NCBI GenBank assembly: GCA_944325875.1
Contig: CALVBU010000007.1
Coordinates: forward strand, 26,438-90,437
Direction: 5' to 3'
Length of the DNA stretch: 64,000 bases
DNA from: Candidatus Gastranaerophilales bacterium
Lineage (GTDB): Bacteria > Cyanobacteriota > Vampirovibrionia > Gastranaerophilales > Gastranaerophilaceae
Part shown: in pieces, positions 55,959 through 64,000 of the stretch
How positions within the stretch are numbered: position 1 is the stretch's first letter
Layout of the letters: every line of letters begins with the position of its first letter
The notes under the pieces: generated by a model
Databases searched by the model: none
What the model was told of the DNA's origin: nothing
The model's input: the letters and a program-made list of their open reading frames with translations, nothing else
Position numbers and translations under genes: made by a program

Positions 55959-56603
55959 ATGAAAAAGATTGTTTTGATTGCATTTTTATTAATATATGCT
56001 GGAATGCCAATAATGGCAGAAGAATCTGATGCCATATATCTTGATCTTAAAAATTCTCCGGAAACAATTAACCTAAAAACTCCGCAAGGATTTAATTCTA
56101 AACAACTTAATTTAACCAAACAAAATAATTATACAGTAACCCCACAAAATGTATTTGACTACTATAACAAAACTCCATACGATAAACATTCAACCTCACA
56201 TACAAATGAAAAAAAATACGGGAATTTTACATTCGGCAATAAAACCGACAGCACATTTGCACCTGAAAAATTTACACAAACAAGTACCATGTTTGCAAAA
56301 TATAGTAAAAATAAATTTTCGCTGAATACATCCTACAAAAGTAATTCATTTGCCTCAATGGAAAAAACAGGAAAAGGAACTTTTGCCTTCACTCCGGAAT
56401 ATAAATTAAACAATCACGTCACATTGCAGAATGTATATTCAACAAATTTCATGGACAGAAATCGTAAAAACGAACTCATCTTTAGCCTAAAACCATTCAA
56501 AGATGACCGTATGAACTTTGATGTAGGTGCAGGTCAAATATACTCTGATACGACATCCCCAATACGTTCACAAGTGAATTTTTCAACAAAATTTAAATTC
56601 TAA
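55959..56603 (+). CDS. putative outer-membrane beta-barrel protein
   Basis: Signal peptide MKKIVLIAFLLIYAGMPIMA, alternating-pattern C-terminal strands ending in ...KFKF (terminal Phe). The start is moved from TTG 55932 to ATG 55959. Confidence 0.45.
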   Translation: MKKIVLIAFLLIYAGMPIMAEESDAIYLDLKNSPETINLKTPQGFNSKQLNLTKQNNYTVTPQNVFDYYNKTPYDKHSTSHTNEKKYGNFTFGNKTDSTFAPEKFTQTSTMFAKYSKNKFSLNTSYKSNSFASMEKTGKGTFAFTPEYKLNNHVTLQNVYSTNFMDRNRKNELIFSLKPFKDDRMNFDVGAGQIYSDTTSPIRSQVNFSTKFKF

Positions 56604-58013
56604 TTAATAGTTACCTAACCAACTGTATTTGTTATTTTTTTCTTTAAGACCATTGTAAAGATTATAAAATTTTTGGAAATTAAGTGTTTGTTCATTATCA
56701 ACAATACCATTATTTAAAATTTCTTCAGCACGTTTTAATTTTTGAGGATCATCTGATAATTCTTTAAATAATTTTGGTAAATATGTATCAACATTATCAC
56801 GCTTCCAATAATCAGAATCTGTTTTAAACCGCTGTTCATCAACCGTATCTATAATTCGTTTTGCAACATTTTTATTTTTGTCATTGACGGAATCTAAAAT
56901 ATTTTCAATGCTACACCAGTTATCGAATATTACATATTTGCTGTCAAATGAACCTTTACCTTTTTTCGTTAATAATGGTTCGATTAAATCTATATTATCT
57001 TCACTAACAGATTTAACAAGTGATACCATACCGGATTCAACACCACCTGTACATTTTAAATCATATAGTTTTTTATATGTTTCGTATTTTTCTTCTTTAG
57101 CAATATCTAACAAATTTTCAATATCTTCCATACTATATCTGAACATCCCTGTGCCATCATTTTTTTCGGCATTAAGGAACAATTCAGCACAATTTGGATT
57201 TTTCGTTTTTTTAAGTTTTTTTGCAACCAAATCAATATCACTAATACTTAATTCAGTTTTACCATTTTTTTGTCTTGTTGAAAGTAACATCTGATAAATA
57301 TCTACATTATCTTTATTTACTCTTTTTAAAGAGTCTACAAGTACTTGCATATTATTTACTTTTGCAATATCAATTAATTGTCCTGCAACCTTTTCATTAC
57401 CAGGATTAATTTTTTTCAAAACTTTTAGCATATCATTTGTCTTGACTGTATCAACAGTTCCATATATCTTTTCAGATTTTTTAGCTAGCTGTTCTAAATA
57501 TTTAAGGTTAAATTCATTTGTACTTGTCAATAAATCCGTAATCTCATCAAGACTAAACCTTGATGTATCATCATATATTAGCCAAGGACTCTCATCCTTC
57601 ATTTTAGTTAATTGTTTTAGAATAAGAAAGTTTTCATCAGTAAGCTTTTCATTGATAGTAATAATTTCAGACTTGTTTGAGAATAACTTGCCTTTAGGGT
57701 CGTTTTTCTTGATAAAATTATATAAAGCGTCGTTTATTTCACCTTTTTTGATTCCACAAGCAAGTTTTTGGAAGTATTTATCATAAAGCTTAACTCCTCC
57801 AAAAGTTCCTGCCCCAATCAAAACTGAAAGCCCCGCTAAAAGAGCTACAACACTACCAAAGCCCTTTGAATCACCCTTATTTTTTGTAGAAAGTTCTACC
57901 GAATCACAAGGCAAAGGTTCTGTTTTTACAGGCACTGCCAAAGGTTTTCCATTCCCTTGGCCAGATAATTTATGGTCATTTTGTATTTTATTTACGTCTG
58001 AAATACCTTCCAT
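56604..58013 (-). CDS. hypothetical N-terminally anchored protein with a large helical domain
   Basis: One TM segment (FGSVVALLAGLSVLIGAGTFGGV). The ATG at 58013 (MEGISD) has a GGGAAAGG upstream, while the track start at 58055 lacks an SD. I recognise no family. Confidence 0.45.
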   Translation of the reverse strand: MEGISDVNKIQNDHKLSGQGNGKPLAVPVKTEPLPCDSVELSTKNKGDSKGFGSVVALLAGLSVLIGAGTFGGVKLYDKYFQKLACGIKKGEINDALYNFIKKNDPKGKLFSNKSEIITINEKLTDENFLILKQLTKMKDESPWLIYDDTSRFSLDEITDLLTSTNEFNLKYLEQLAKKSEKIYGTVDTVKTNDMLKVLKKINPGNEKVAGQLIDIAKVNNMQVLVDSLKRVNKDNVDIYQMLLSTRQKNGKTELSISDIDLVAKKLKKTKNPNCAELFLNAEKNDGTGMFRYSMEDIENLLDIAKEEKYETYKKLYDLKCTGGVESGMVSLVKSVSEDNIDLIEPLLTKKGKGSFDSKYVIFDNWCSIENILDSVNDKNKNVAKRIIDTVDEQRFKTDSDYWKRDNVDTYLPKLFKELSDDPQKLKRAEEILNNGIVDNEQTLNFQKFYNLYNGLKEKNNKYSWLGNY

Positions 58014-58157
58014 TGAAAAACCTTTCCCACTAAAATAAAATTTAAACATAAACAAAAATTGCTATAACCAATTAATAAAATACATAATTCTTAATAAAAC
58101 AAATTAATCGTGGCAATTTTCAATATTCAGGATATTTATTAAGAATATAGGGGAAAT

Positions 58158-60719
58158 ATGGCCAATAATATTGTAGAAAACCAGATCAACAATATCCAAT
58201 TTACTGCAAAAAAGCCTGATAAAACAAAAAAAGAAAAAAAGGCTGCTATTAAACCTGCAATAAATCCAAACAACGACATGAATGATGTCTATATTTCTGC
58301 AAAGAAAAAAAGAGGATTTATTGCAAAGTTTTACGGTGCCATAAATAAAATAATCCCTCTTGGCCTTTCTGATAAAAAAGTCAAAAAGAAATTAATAGCA
58401 TATCAAGAAGGAAAAGTTTCAAAACAAGATACAAAAAAATATATAGACCGCTACGAAAATGCAAACTTTAACAGCACCGAAATTACTATTGATACACTAG
58501 CATCAATGGCAGCAGTAGGAGTAGGGTTTTTAGGTAAAAAAGCTAAAACCCTAATGAACATCTTTACCCCTAAATATAAAAAGTACGCACTTGCACTAAC
58601 AGCCGGAGCATCTGTTATAACTGGTCTAGCAGTTAAAATGGGATTAAAAGGCCTTGATTCTTTAGGCATGGACAAAAATGCAAGAAAAGAGCAAAAACGC
58701 ACTAAAGAAAATCTAATATCAGGAACAATGGATGGTGTATCAGGCTTTATTTCATCACTTAATCCATTATTAATCCCTGCAGGTATTGCAATTAATGCTT
58801 TCACAAGATATATAACTGATAAAAAAGATGATGCAACATTGCCTTCAATCAGTGATTTTCTTGAAAAACAGAAAGATTCAGCCGGTATAGGAATCCTTGG
58901 ACTTGCAGGAATTTCAGTTGCAGCGGCAAGAGGACATCTTAATGTAGCAAAAATTGTAGAATCCATTAACGCAACAAAAATCAATAAGCAACACGTAATA
59001 AGTTATAGACCTCCAGAAGATCAATTGACCGAATTTCAACAACTGGCACGTGATATAGGTTATGACCTTGGAGTAATTATTAAGGGTGAAAAATTTGACC
59101 CTACAGGCATTTCAAAGCTTGATGAAGATTTTATGAAAATATTACTTGAAAAAGGACAAAATGGTAATATTGAAAGTAAAATCAGAAAACTTGAAGAAGA
59201 AAATATTTTCTTGCCAAAATATTTGCAAACCGTTGTTGATATTCCTGATGATAAGCAAGCTAAATTGATTAAACAAATTGATCAGCTTTTAGAAGGATAT
59301 AAAGAGCGTAAAATGGATTCAGGCTATAACGGAAGGGAATTCAAATTCTCATTTGAAACTTCAGGAATTGACAGAGCACTTGATGATCTTGATGAAAAAA
59401 ATATGGATATCAATGGTTTTAAAGATCTTCAACAAATCTTGAAACGTATTAAAAGTTCATGTCCTACATCAAGAAGTATTGAAGATGCACAAAAAATGCT
59501 TGATGCTGAATATAACGGAAAATATAAAATCGAAAAACTTCTTGGTGTTGGTTCAGTAGCAGAATCTTATCTTGTAAAAGACTCTTCAAACAATGAATTT
59601 GTAGCAAAACTTACTAAACAACATTTCCTTGATAAGGACAAAATTGCTGCAGATAAAGCAAAAGTTGTTGCTAAAATTAACATGAGAGCAAAAGATGATT
59701 ATTCATTGTTTACTTCAAAACAAACAATTAAAACAAAAGAACGAAAACAATATGACCTTAATCAGGTAAATAATATGTATAAAGTTTGGGGAAATGAAAT
59801 TCACCTGAACCAAGAAGCTATTTCTGCAAAAGAAATCGGCGAACAAGCCTCTAACTTCCAACCTGTTGGAGTTATTGATGCAAAACCACATATCTTTATT
59901 ATGGAAAAAGCTCCAGGCTATCAACTTGATAGTGACAAATTTGCTCAAAAATGGAAAGAAGCAAACTTAACAGAAGATGATTTTAAAAACTTTGTAGAAA
60001 ATTATGTAAAAGTATACTGCGAACAATTATTCTCACTACCGAAAAAAGGCGTGAAAGTTGTTCAATCAGACCCACACGGCGGTAATATTTTAGTTGACGT
60101 AAATAAAATAAAAGATCTCAAAAACGGTTCTAAACCTATTACAATTATTGACTATGGTAACACAACTAAAACTGAACAAGCGCAAGCTATAAAGAATTTA
60201 TTTAACCACATTGATTATTTAATCGGTAATACAGACGCAATCGCAGAAGCAATGCTTGAAGGAGCTAAACTAGGACATAATGATAAACGAACTATTATAA
60301 AAGAAATGTCAAAAGCTTTAAAAGATAAAATCTACAACACAGATACCAAAATAGATGTAGATAACCCTGTAAAAATATTCTCTACAGTAAACAGTTTCTG
60401 CCTTGATTTTATGCAAAAGAAAAATATAATCCCTAACGCATCACACATTAACCAAATGAAAGCAGAAGAAACATATATCATATCAAACCTCGGTTGCCTA
60501 CAAAATATTGCAAACAGCTGTGGATATGATTTAGCAAAAGCAGTAGACAGAAATACAATCATTAAACAACTTGTCAATGAAATGTCTAAAGCTACCCAAG
60601 ACTCAATAAAAATTAATCCGAAATTAACAGCACAAGAAATTGCAAAACGTTATACATTCTTTGTAAATAATACAGAAGAAGCTTTAAGTAGCATGGGTGT
60701 AAATTTTGGGATTGTGTGA
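58158..60719 (+). CDS. membrane-associated ABC1/UbiB-family atypical protein kinase-like protein
   Basis: The C-terminal half has LGVGSVAESYLV...FVAKL (Gly-rich loop + Lys), VQSDPHGGNILVD (compare HADPHPGN) and IIDYGNT (DFG-like). The N-terminal ~270 aa contain several Gly/Ala-rich hydrophobic segments. Confidence 0.65.
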   Translation: MANNIVENQINNIQFTAKKPDKTKKEKKAAIKPAINPNNDMNDVYISAKKKRGFIAKFYGAINKIIPLGLSDKKVKKKLIAYQEGKVSKQDTKKYIDRYENANFNSTEITIDTLASMAAVGVGFLGKKAKTLMNIFTPKYKKYALALTAGASVITGLAVKMGLKGLDSLGMDKNARKEQKRTKENLISGTMDGVSGFISSLNPLLIPAGIAINAFTRYITDKKDDATLPSISDFLEKQKDSAGIGILGLAGISVAAARGHLNVAKIVESINATKINKQHVISYRPPEDQLTEFQQLARDIGYDLGVIIKGEKFDPTGISKLDEDFMKILLEKGQNGNIESKIRKLEEENIFLPKYLQTVVDIPDDKQAKLIKQIDQLLEGYKERKMDSGYNGREFKFSFETSGIDRALDDLDEKNMDINGFKDLQQILKRIKSSCPTSRSIEDAQKMLDAEYNGKYKIEKLLGVGSVAESYLVKDSSNNEFVAKLTKQHFLDKDKIAADKAKVVAKINMRAKDDYSLFTSKQTIKTKERKQYDLNQVNNMYKVWGNEIHLNQEAISAKEIGEQASNFQPVGVIDAKPHIFIMEKAPGYQLDSDKFAQKWKEANLTEDDFKNFVENYVKVYCEQLFSLPKKGVKVVQSDPHGGNILVDVNKIKDLKNGSKPITIIDYGNTTKTEQAQAIKNLFNHIDYLIGNTDAIAEAMLEGAKLGHNDKRTIIKEMSKALKDKIYNTDTKIDVDNPVKIFSTVNSFCLDFMQKKNIIPNASHINQMKAEETYIISNLGCLQNIANSCGYDLAKAVDRNTIIKQLVNEMSKATQDSIKINPKLTAQEIAKRYTFFVNNTEEALSSMGVNFGIV

Positions 60720-60757
60720 TAGAATAATTTTGACCCCATTAAATTTTAAGGAAAACT

Positions 60758-63148
60758 ATGCATATTTTAAAAATTACCCCTGCTATACATAATAGCAATT
60801 TTGTTAGCACTGAAAAAATCAATAAACCTGCTCAAAATAAAAATATCAATACTGGTTTCAATGAGTATTTTTATGCAAAAACATCTGAAATACCATTTGG
60901 TTCAATGTATGGAATTAAACCTAAAAAAATTAATATTGAAATTGAAAAAACTAAACTACTTAAAACATTAGATGAAATGCTTTCGACTAATAATGCAGAC
61001 ACTGATTGGTCGGATATGATAGTAAACAGTTTGAAAAATGCACTTTTTAGCTGCAGGAACCAACTTCGACAACAGGAAGCTCTTCTTGACAGGCTCGAAA
61101 AAATTGCTGAAGACAAAATACTCAATCCCCAACAAAAAATGGACGAGGCTCGAAGAATACGAAAAGAATTTCGTATGTTAAATAAAAAAACACCCAAACC
61201 AACAAATTCTAACAAACAATCAAAACCAACAGATGAAAAGCTTGATTACCAGCTTCTTAATACAATGAGAGCTTCTATATATGAAGATGATTTTGATCTC
61301 ACGAAAGTTTTCAAAAATTACTATGGCAAGCTTAATGAAATTAAAACACTGGAAGAATTAAAAGAATATTTCCCTAAAATTGAAATTCCGCAAAGACCGG
61401 AAAATGTTATTGTAAAAAAAATTGAATCAGTATTAACACGTGATTTTTATGAAGAATTGGACCAATGTATTGATGTAATGTCAGAAGAGAAAACAATGCA
61501 GCTTTTCAATAAAACATTGCAGCCTATTTTTGATGAAATTTCTAAAAAATATGGCATAGATCCAGATGAGTTTTATAATAAAATGGTTGACTCTACAACA
61601 AATTTTATCGCCGATAAATATATAAGAATGAAAAATGAAACAAGTTTTTCATCAGTTCCAATTCAAAGAAAAATTAAAACTCCACCAATAACTCAAACTG
61701 ATATTGATTTATTATCAGTAAATTTTGATGATTTTGTTCTAAATGTATTACGCAAACAATATCTTGATTTTCAAAAACCAAATGATATTAAATATACCGA
61801 AAACAATATCACAATATCACTTCCTTCATTAAGGAATTCTGAATATAAATTTGCTAAAATTCCTGAAAAAATCAAACAAATAATTAACACCTCAAGTTCA
61901 TTATTCAAAACGCAAAGAGATTATGAAAATTTTGACAAAGCTGATTTTAAAGCCAGATTAAACTTCTTTGCGGGTAAAGAAATAGGAAATAATGAAGAAT
62001 TACTTGAGAGAATTATTGCATTTGATAATTGCGAATATTCTGATAAAGATATAAAAATTTTAGTCAAATTTCTAAAAGAATTAGACGAAATAAATGACGG
62101 AAATCAAACACTTGAAAAAGGTTTAGAAACAATTAAGACTGAAGAATTGTTTCCAAAACAACCGGAAAATGTAATTCCATCAGAAATTGAAAAAAATATA
62201 GCTGATTTTAAAATTGAACAGAAAAAACTTTTCGAATTAAATCAATTAAAGAAAAACTTTGATAACTCAATGAATTATTTGTATATGAATAATTTAAATA
62301 ATATAGCAAATACCTGTTCAAAATATAGACCAAGTGAACTTACACAAGATACGTTAGAAAATACAAACTTTATAATAAATATAATCAATAAAAATTTAGA
62401 CCCCGCAAACAAACATGTAATAAATAAACCTAAACTTGAAGCAAATATTTTAAGATGGGATACATATAATTATTACAAAACAAATGATATTAAAAATCCA
62501 ATTTATTTAAAAGCAATTGAATTTGCTAAATCAGAAAATGGAAATATAGATATTGACAAAGCCGGACAATATATAATTAATTCCGAAATTATAGATAATT
62601 ACCCTCAAAGTATGGAATTCGTTAATAATCCTGAAATAATCACCAAAATTATTGATAGAACCGAATCAAATAAAGAAGATGCCATTAAATATTTGTGTAA
62701 ATATGATTCTTATCAATATGATTTAACAGAAAATGAAAAAACTTCTTTATCTAATATTTTAAATATATTTGATTCAAAAGATCCTGTTGAAAAAATTCTT
62801 CTGAGAGATATTATTGAAAATGATTATATAAATACTGACACTTCTGTTTTAACAAATATTCATGACACAAGTGACAAAAATATTAGAGCAACAATCAGCT
62901 CAAAAGCTAAAAAGCAAATCTTAAACAAATACAAATACCCTGTGTGTATCGATTATCTGAAAGCTTTTGAAGATGCGCTTTCTTCATTTGCAACAGAAAA
63001 AGGAACATCAGGAATTAAAAAAACAAATAGAAACAATAAAAATATTGAATATAAAATGGAACTAAAAATTATGGGCTATCAAGAAAGATTATTCTCTAGC
63101 AATAATGATTATTACTTTGATATCTTTTCAGAAAAAGGATTCCATTAA
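60758..63148 (+). CDS. large hypothetical protein (796 aa, Asn/Lys/Glu-rich, no TM)
   Basis: AAGGAAA SD. Long uninterrupted ORF in A/T-rich DNA. I recognise no family. Confidence 0.45.
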   Translation: MHILKITPAIHNSNFVSTEKINKPAQNKNINTGFNEYFYAKTSEIPFGSMYGIKPKKINIEIEKTKLLKTLDEMLSTNNADTDWSDMIVNSLKNALFSCRNQLRQQEALLDRLEKIAEDKILNPQQKMDEARRIRKEFRMLNKKTPKPTNSNKQSKPTDEKLDYQLLNTMRASIYEDDFDLTKVFKNYYGKLNEIKTLEELKEYFPKIEIPQRPENVIVKKIESVLTRDFYEELDQCIDVMSEEKTMQLFNKTLQPIFDEISKKYGIDPDEFYNKMVDSTTNFIADKYIRMKNETSFSSVPIQRKIKTPPITQTDIDLLSVNFDDFVLNVLRKQYLDFQKPNDIKYTENNITISLPSLRNSEYKFAKIPEKIKQIINTSSSLFKTQRDYENFDKADFKARLNFFAGKEIGNNEELLERIIAFDNCEYSDKDIKILVKFLKELDEINDGNQTLEKGLETIKTEELFPKQPENVIPSEIEKNIADFKIEQKKLFELNQLKKNFDNSMNYLYMNNLNNIANTCSKYRPSELTQDTLENTNFIINIINKNLDPANKHVINKPKLEANILRWDTYNYYKTNDIKNPIYLKAIEFAKSENGNIDIDKAGQYIINSEIIDNYPQSMEFVNNPEIITKIIDRTESNKEDAIKYLCKYDSYQYDLTENEKTSLSNILNIFDSKDPVEKILLRDIIENDYINTDTSVLTNIHDTSDKNIRATISSKAKKQILNKYKYPVCIDYLKAFEDALSSFATEKGTSGIKKTNRNNKNIEYKMELKIMGYQERLFSSNNDYYFDIFSEKGFH

Positions 63149-63156
63149 TAATTTAA

Positions 63157-63903
63157 TTAATTTTGAGCCCAAAATTCAACAATGATAGCATAGGTTTGAG
63201 AATTTTTATTCGATAAATTCTGTGTGGAAATTGTAGCAACATTATTTGTTAAATCGCTAATTGTGCCATTTTTGATTAAAAATCCATTATCAGCGTTCAA
63301 CTCCTTTGTATATGTAGGGATCTTTTTTACATCTTTAGATTTTGGATTAGTAAAAATATTTGAATCTAAGTTAGGAATATTTTTTTCTGTTTTATATGGT
63401 TTTGAAGCTTGAATAATTCTAAAATTAATATTTGAACTATTAGTTTTAGGTAATTCAAAAAATACTATATTAAATGTGTTTGTTTTTATTTCAGTATCAG
63501 GAATAACTAAATAATAATAATTTGAATTTATTACACTTTTTTCACTTGCTTTCATCAAATAAGTATACTTTTTTTTATTTGCCAAAATATCTGAAAACGT
63601 TTTACTATCAATAGTTTGGTAAGGACATTTTTGTCCACAAACGCAACCAGATTGCAAACCTTTTGAATTTTTATAAAAATAATATCCTATTCCTGATAAA
63701 ATACCTAAACCACCAAAAGCTGATCCAAGAGCAATTGCCGTAACAACTCCATCACTCAATCCTGAATTATTTTGAGATGAACCTCCTGTTGGGACATCAC
63801 TTATATTTATCCTGAATGTATTTAAACTTTGTTTATTATCAGCATATACATGTTGCCCAATAAATATTGATATTAATAAAAGTAATATTAAAAATTTTTT
63901 CAT
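63157..63903 (-). CDS. hypothetical signal-peptide plus single-TM protein
   Basis: AGGAG SD, signal peptide MKKFLILLLLISIFIGQHVYA, TM segment VVTAIALGSAFGGLGILSGIGYYFY. Confidence 0.45.
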   Translation of the reverse strand: MKKFLILLLLISIFIGQHVYADNKQSLNTFRINISDVPTGGSSQNNSGLSDGVVTAIALGSAFGGLGILSGIGYYFYKNSKGLQSGCVCGQKCPYQTIDSKTFSDILANKKKYTYLMKASEKSVINSNYYYLVIPDTEIKTNTFNIVFFELPKTNSSNINFRIIQASKPYKTEKNIPNLDSNIFTNPKSKDVKKIPTYTKELNADNGFLIKNGTISDLTNNVATISTQNLSNKNSQTYAIIVEFWAQN

Positions 63904-64000
63904 AATACTCCTAATGTAAATAATAAAACCCCATTATAATTTCCTAATACAGTCCCCGGTCTGACAACTGCAAAAGGTGTAAATTCACCGGTTACAACAT
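63900..64000 (-). CDS. 3' end of an upstream minus-strand ORF truncated by the window edge
   Basis: Hand-translated ...VVTGEFTPFAVVRPGTVLGNYNGVLLFTLGVL*. Its TGA overlaps the ATG of 63157..63903 (ATGA coupling). Confidence 0.3.
   Translation of the reverse strand, partial: VVTGEFTPFAVVRPGTVLGNYNGVLLFTLGVL

Noticed and set aside
1-64000. CRISPR arrays, rRNA/tRNA genes, transposases/integrases, prophage or toxin-antitoxin modules.
   Set aside because: No regularly spaced direct repeats, no long G/C-rich structured non-coding stretches, and no ORFs with recombinase, transposase or phage-type motifs were seen. All intergenic gaps over 100 bp were read individually.

Overview
A/T-rich, densely coding bacterial chromosomal segment. 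I see no rRNA, tRNA, CRISPR array, transposase or integrase. Gene content suggests a diderm, anaerobe-like organism (LolA-like carrier, Wza-like exporter, OMP-like protein ending in Phe, asrABC, many Fe-S and radical-SAM enzymes). The taxon cannot be assigned from the sequence alone. Left to right: (1) asrABC-type anaerobic sulfite reductase, followed by an ArsR-family regulator divergent from a four-domain CoA-disulfide-reductase/rhodanese/TusA/DsrE fusion. (2) A ~12 kb minus-strand polysaccharide operon (priming phosphotransferase, GT2, two paralogous GT4, GT2/92-like, Wzy-like, FrhB-like/pyruvyl-transferase fusion, Wzx, Wzz-like), visibly more A/T-rich than its flanks. (3) A lipid/Fe-S neighbourhood: a 508-aa radical SAM protein coupled to a PAP2 phosphatase, a divergent YegS-type lipid kinase, an 841-aa Wza/SLBB exporter, a radical SAM/SPASM protein, and an operon of two activase-less DUF2229-type proteins flanking a PHP hydrolase. 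(4) Housekeeping and orphan genes: DUF2971, Hsp20, acyl-ACP thioesterase, GNAT, amidohydrolase, a DtxR/MntR-type regulator with a His-rich membrane protein, ABC-F ATPase, Sfp-type PPTase. (5) A complete aryl-polyene (APE)-type type-II PKS/lipid locus (about 40.4-51.7 kb) with two unusual domain fusions. (6) M48 peptidase, ferredoxin-nitroreductase, class-II-like photolyase, and a block of large lineage-specific hypothetical proteins that includes a membrane-anchored ABC1/UbiB-like kinase. Most notable observations not in the ORF track: a complete small transcription unit (promoter, SD, 27-codon ORF, intrinsic terminator) directly upstream of a 516-aa membrane protein; two DtxR-box-like palindromes sharing a 12-mer; a recurring N-terminal extension ending in an F-G/N motif on otherwise unrelated proteins; and several clean intrinsic terminators. 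All functional calls rest on motif recognition and memory of protein families, not on database searches.
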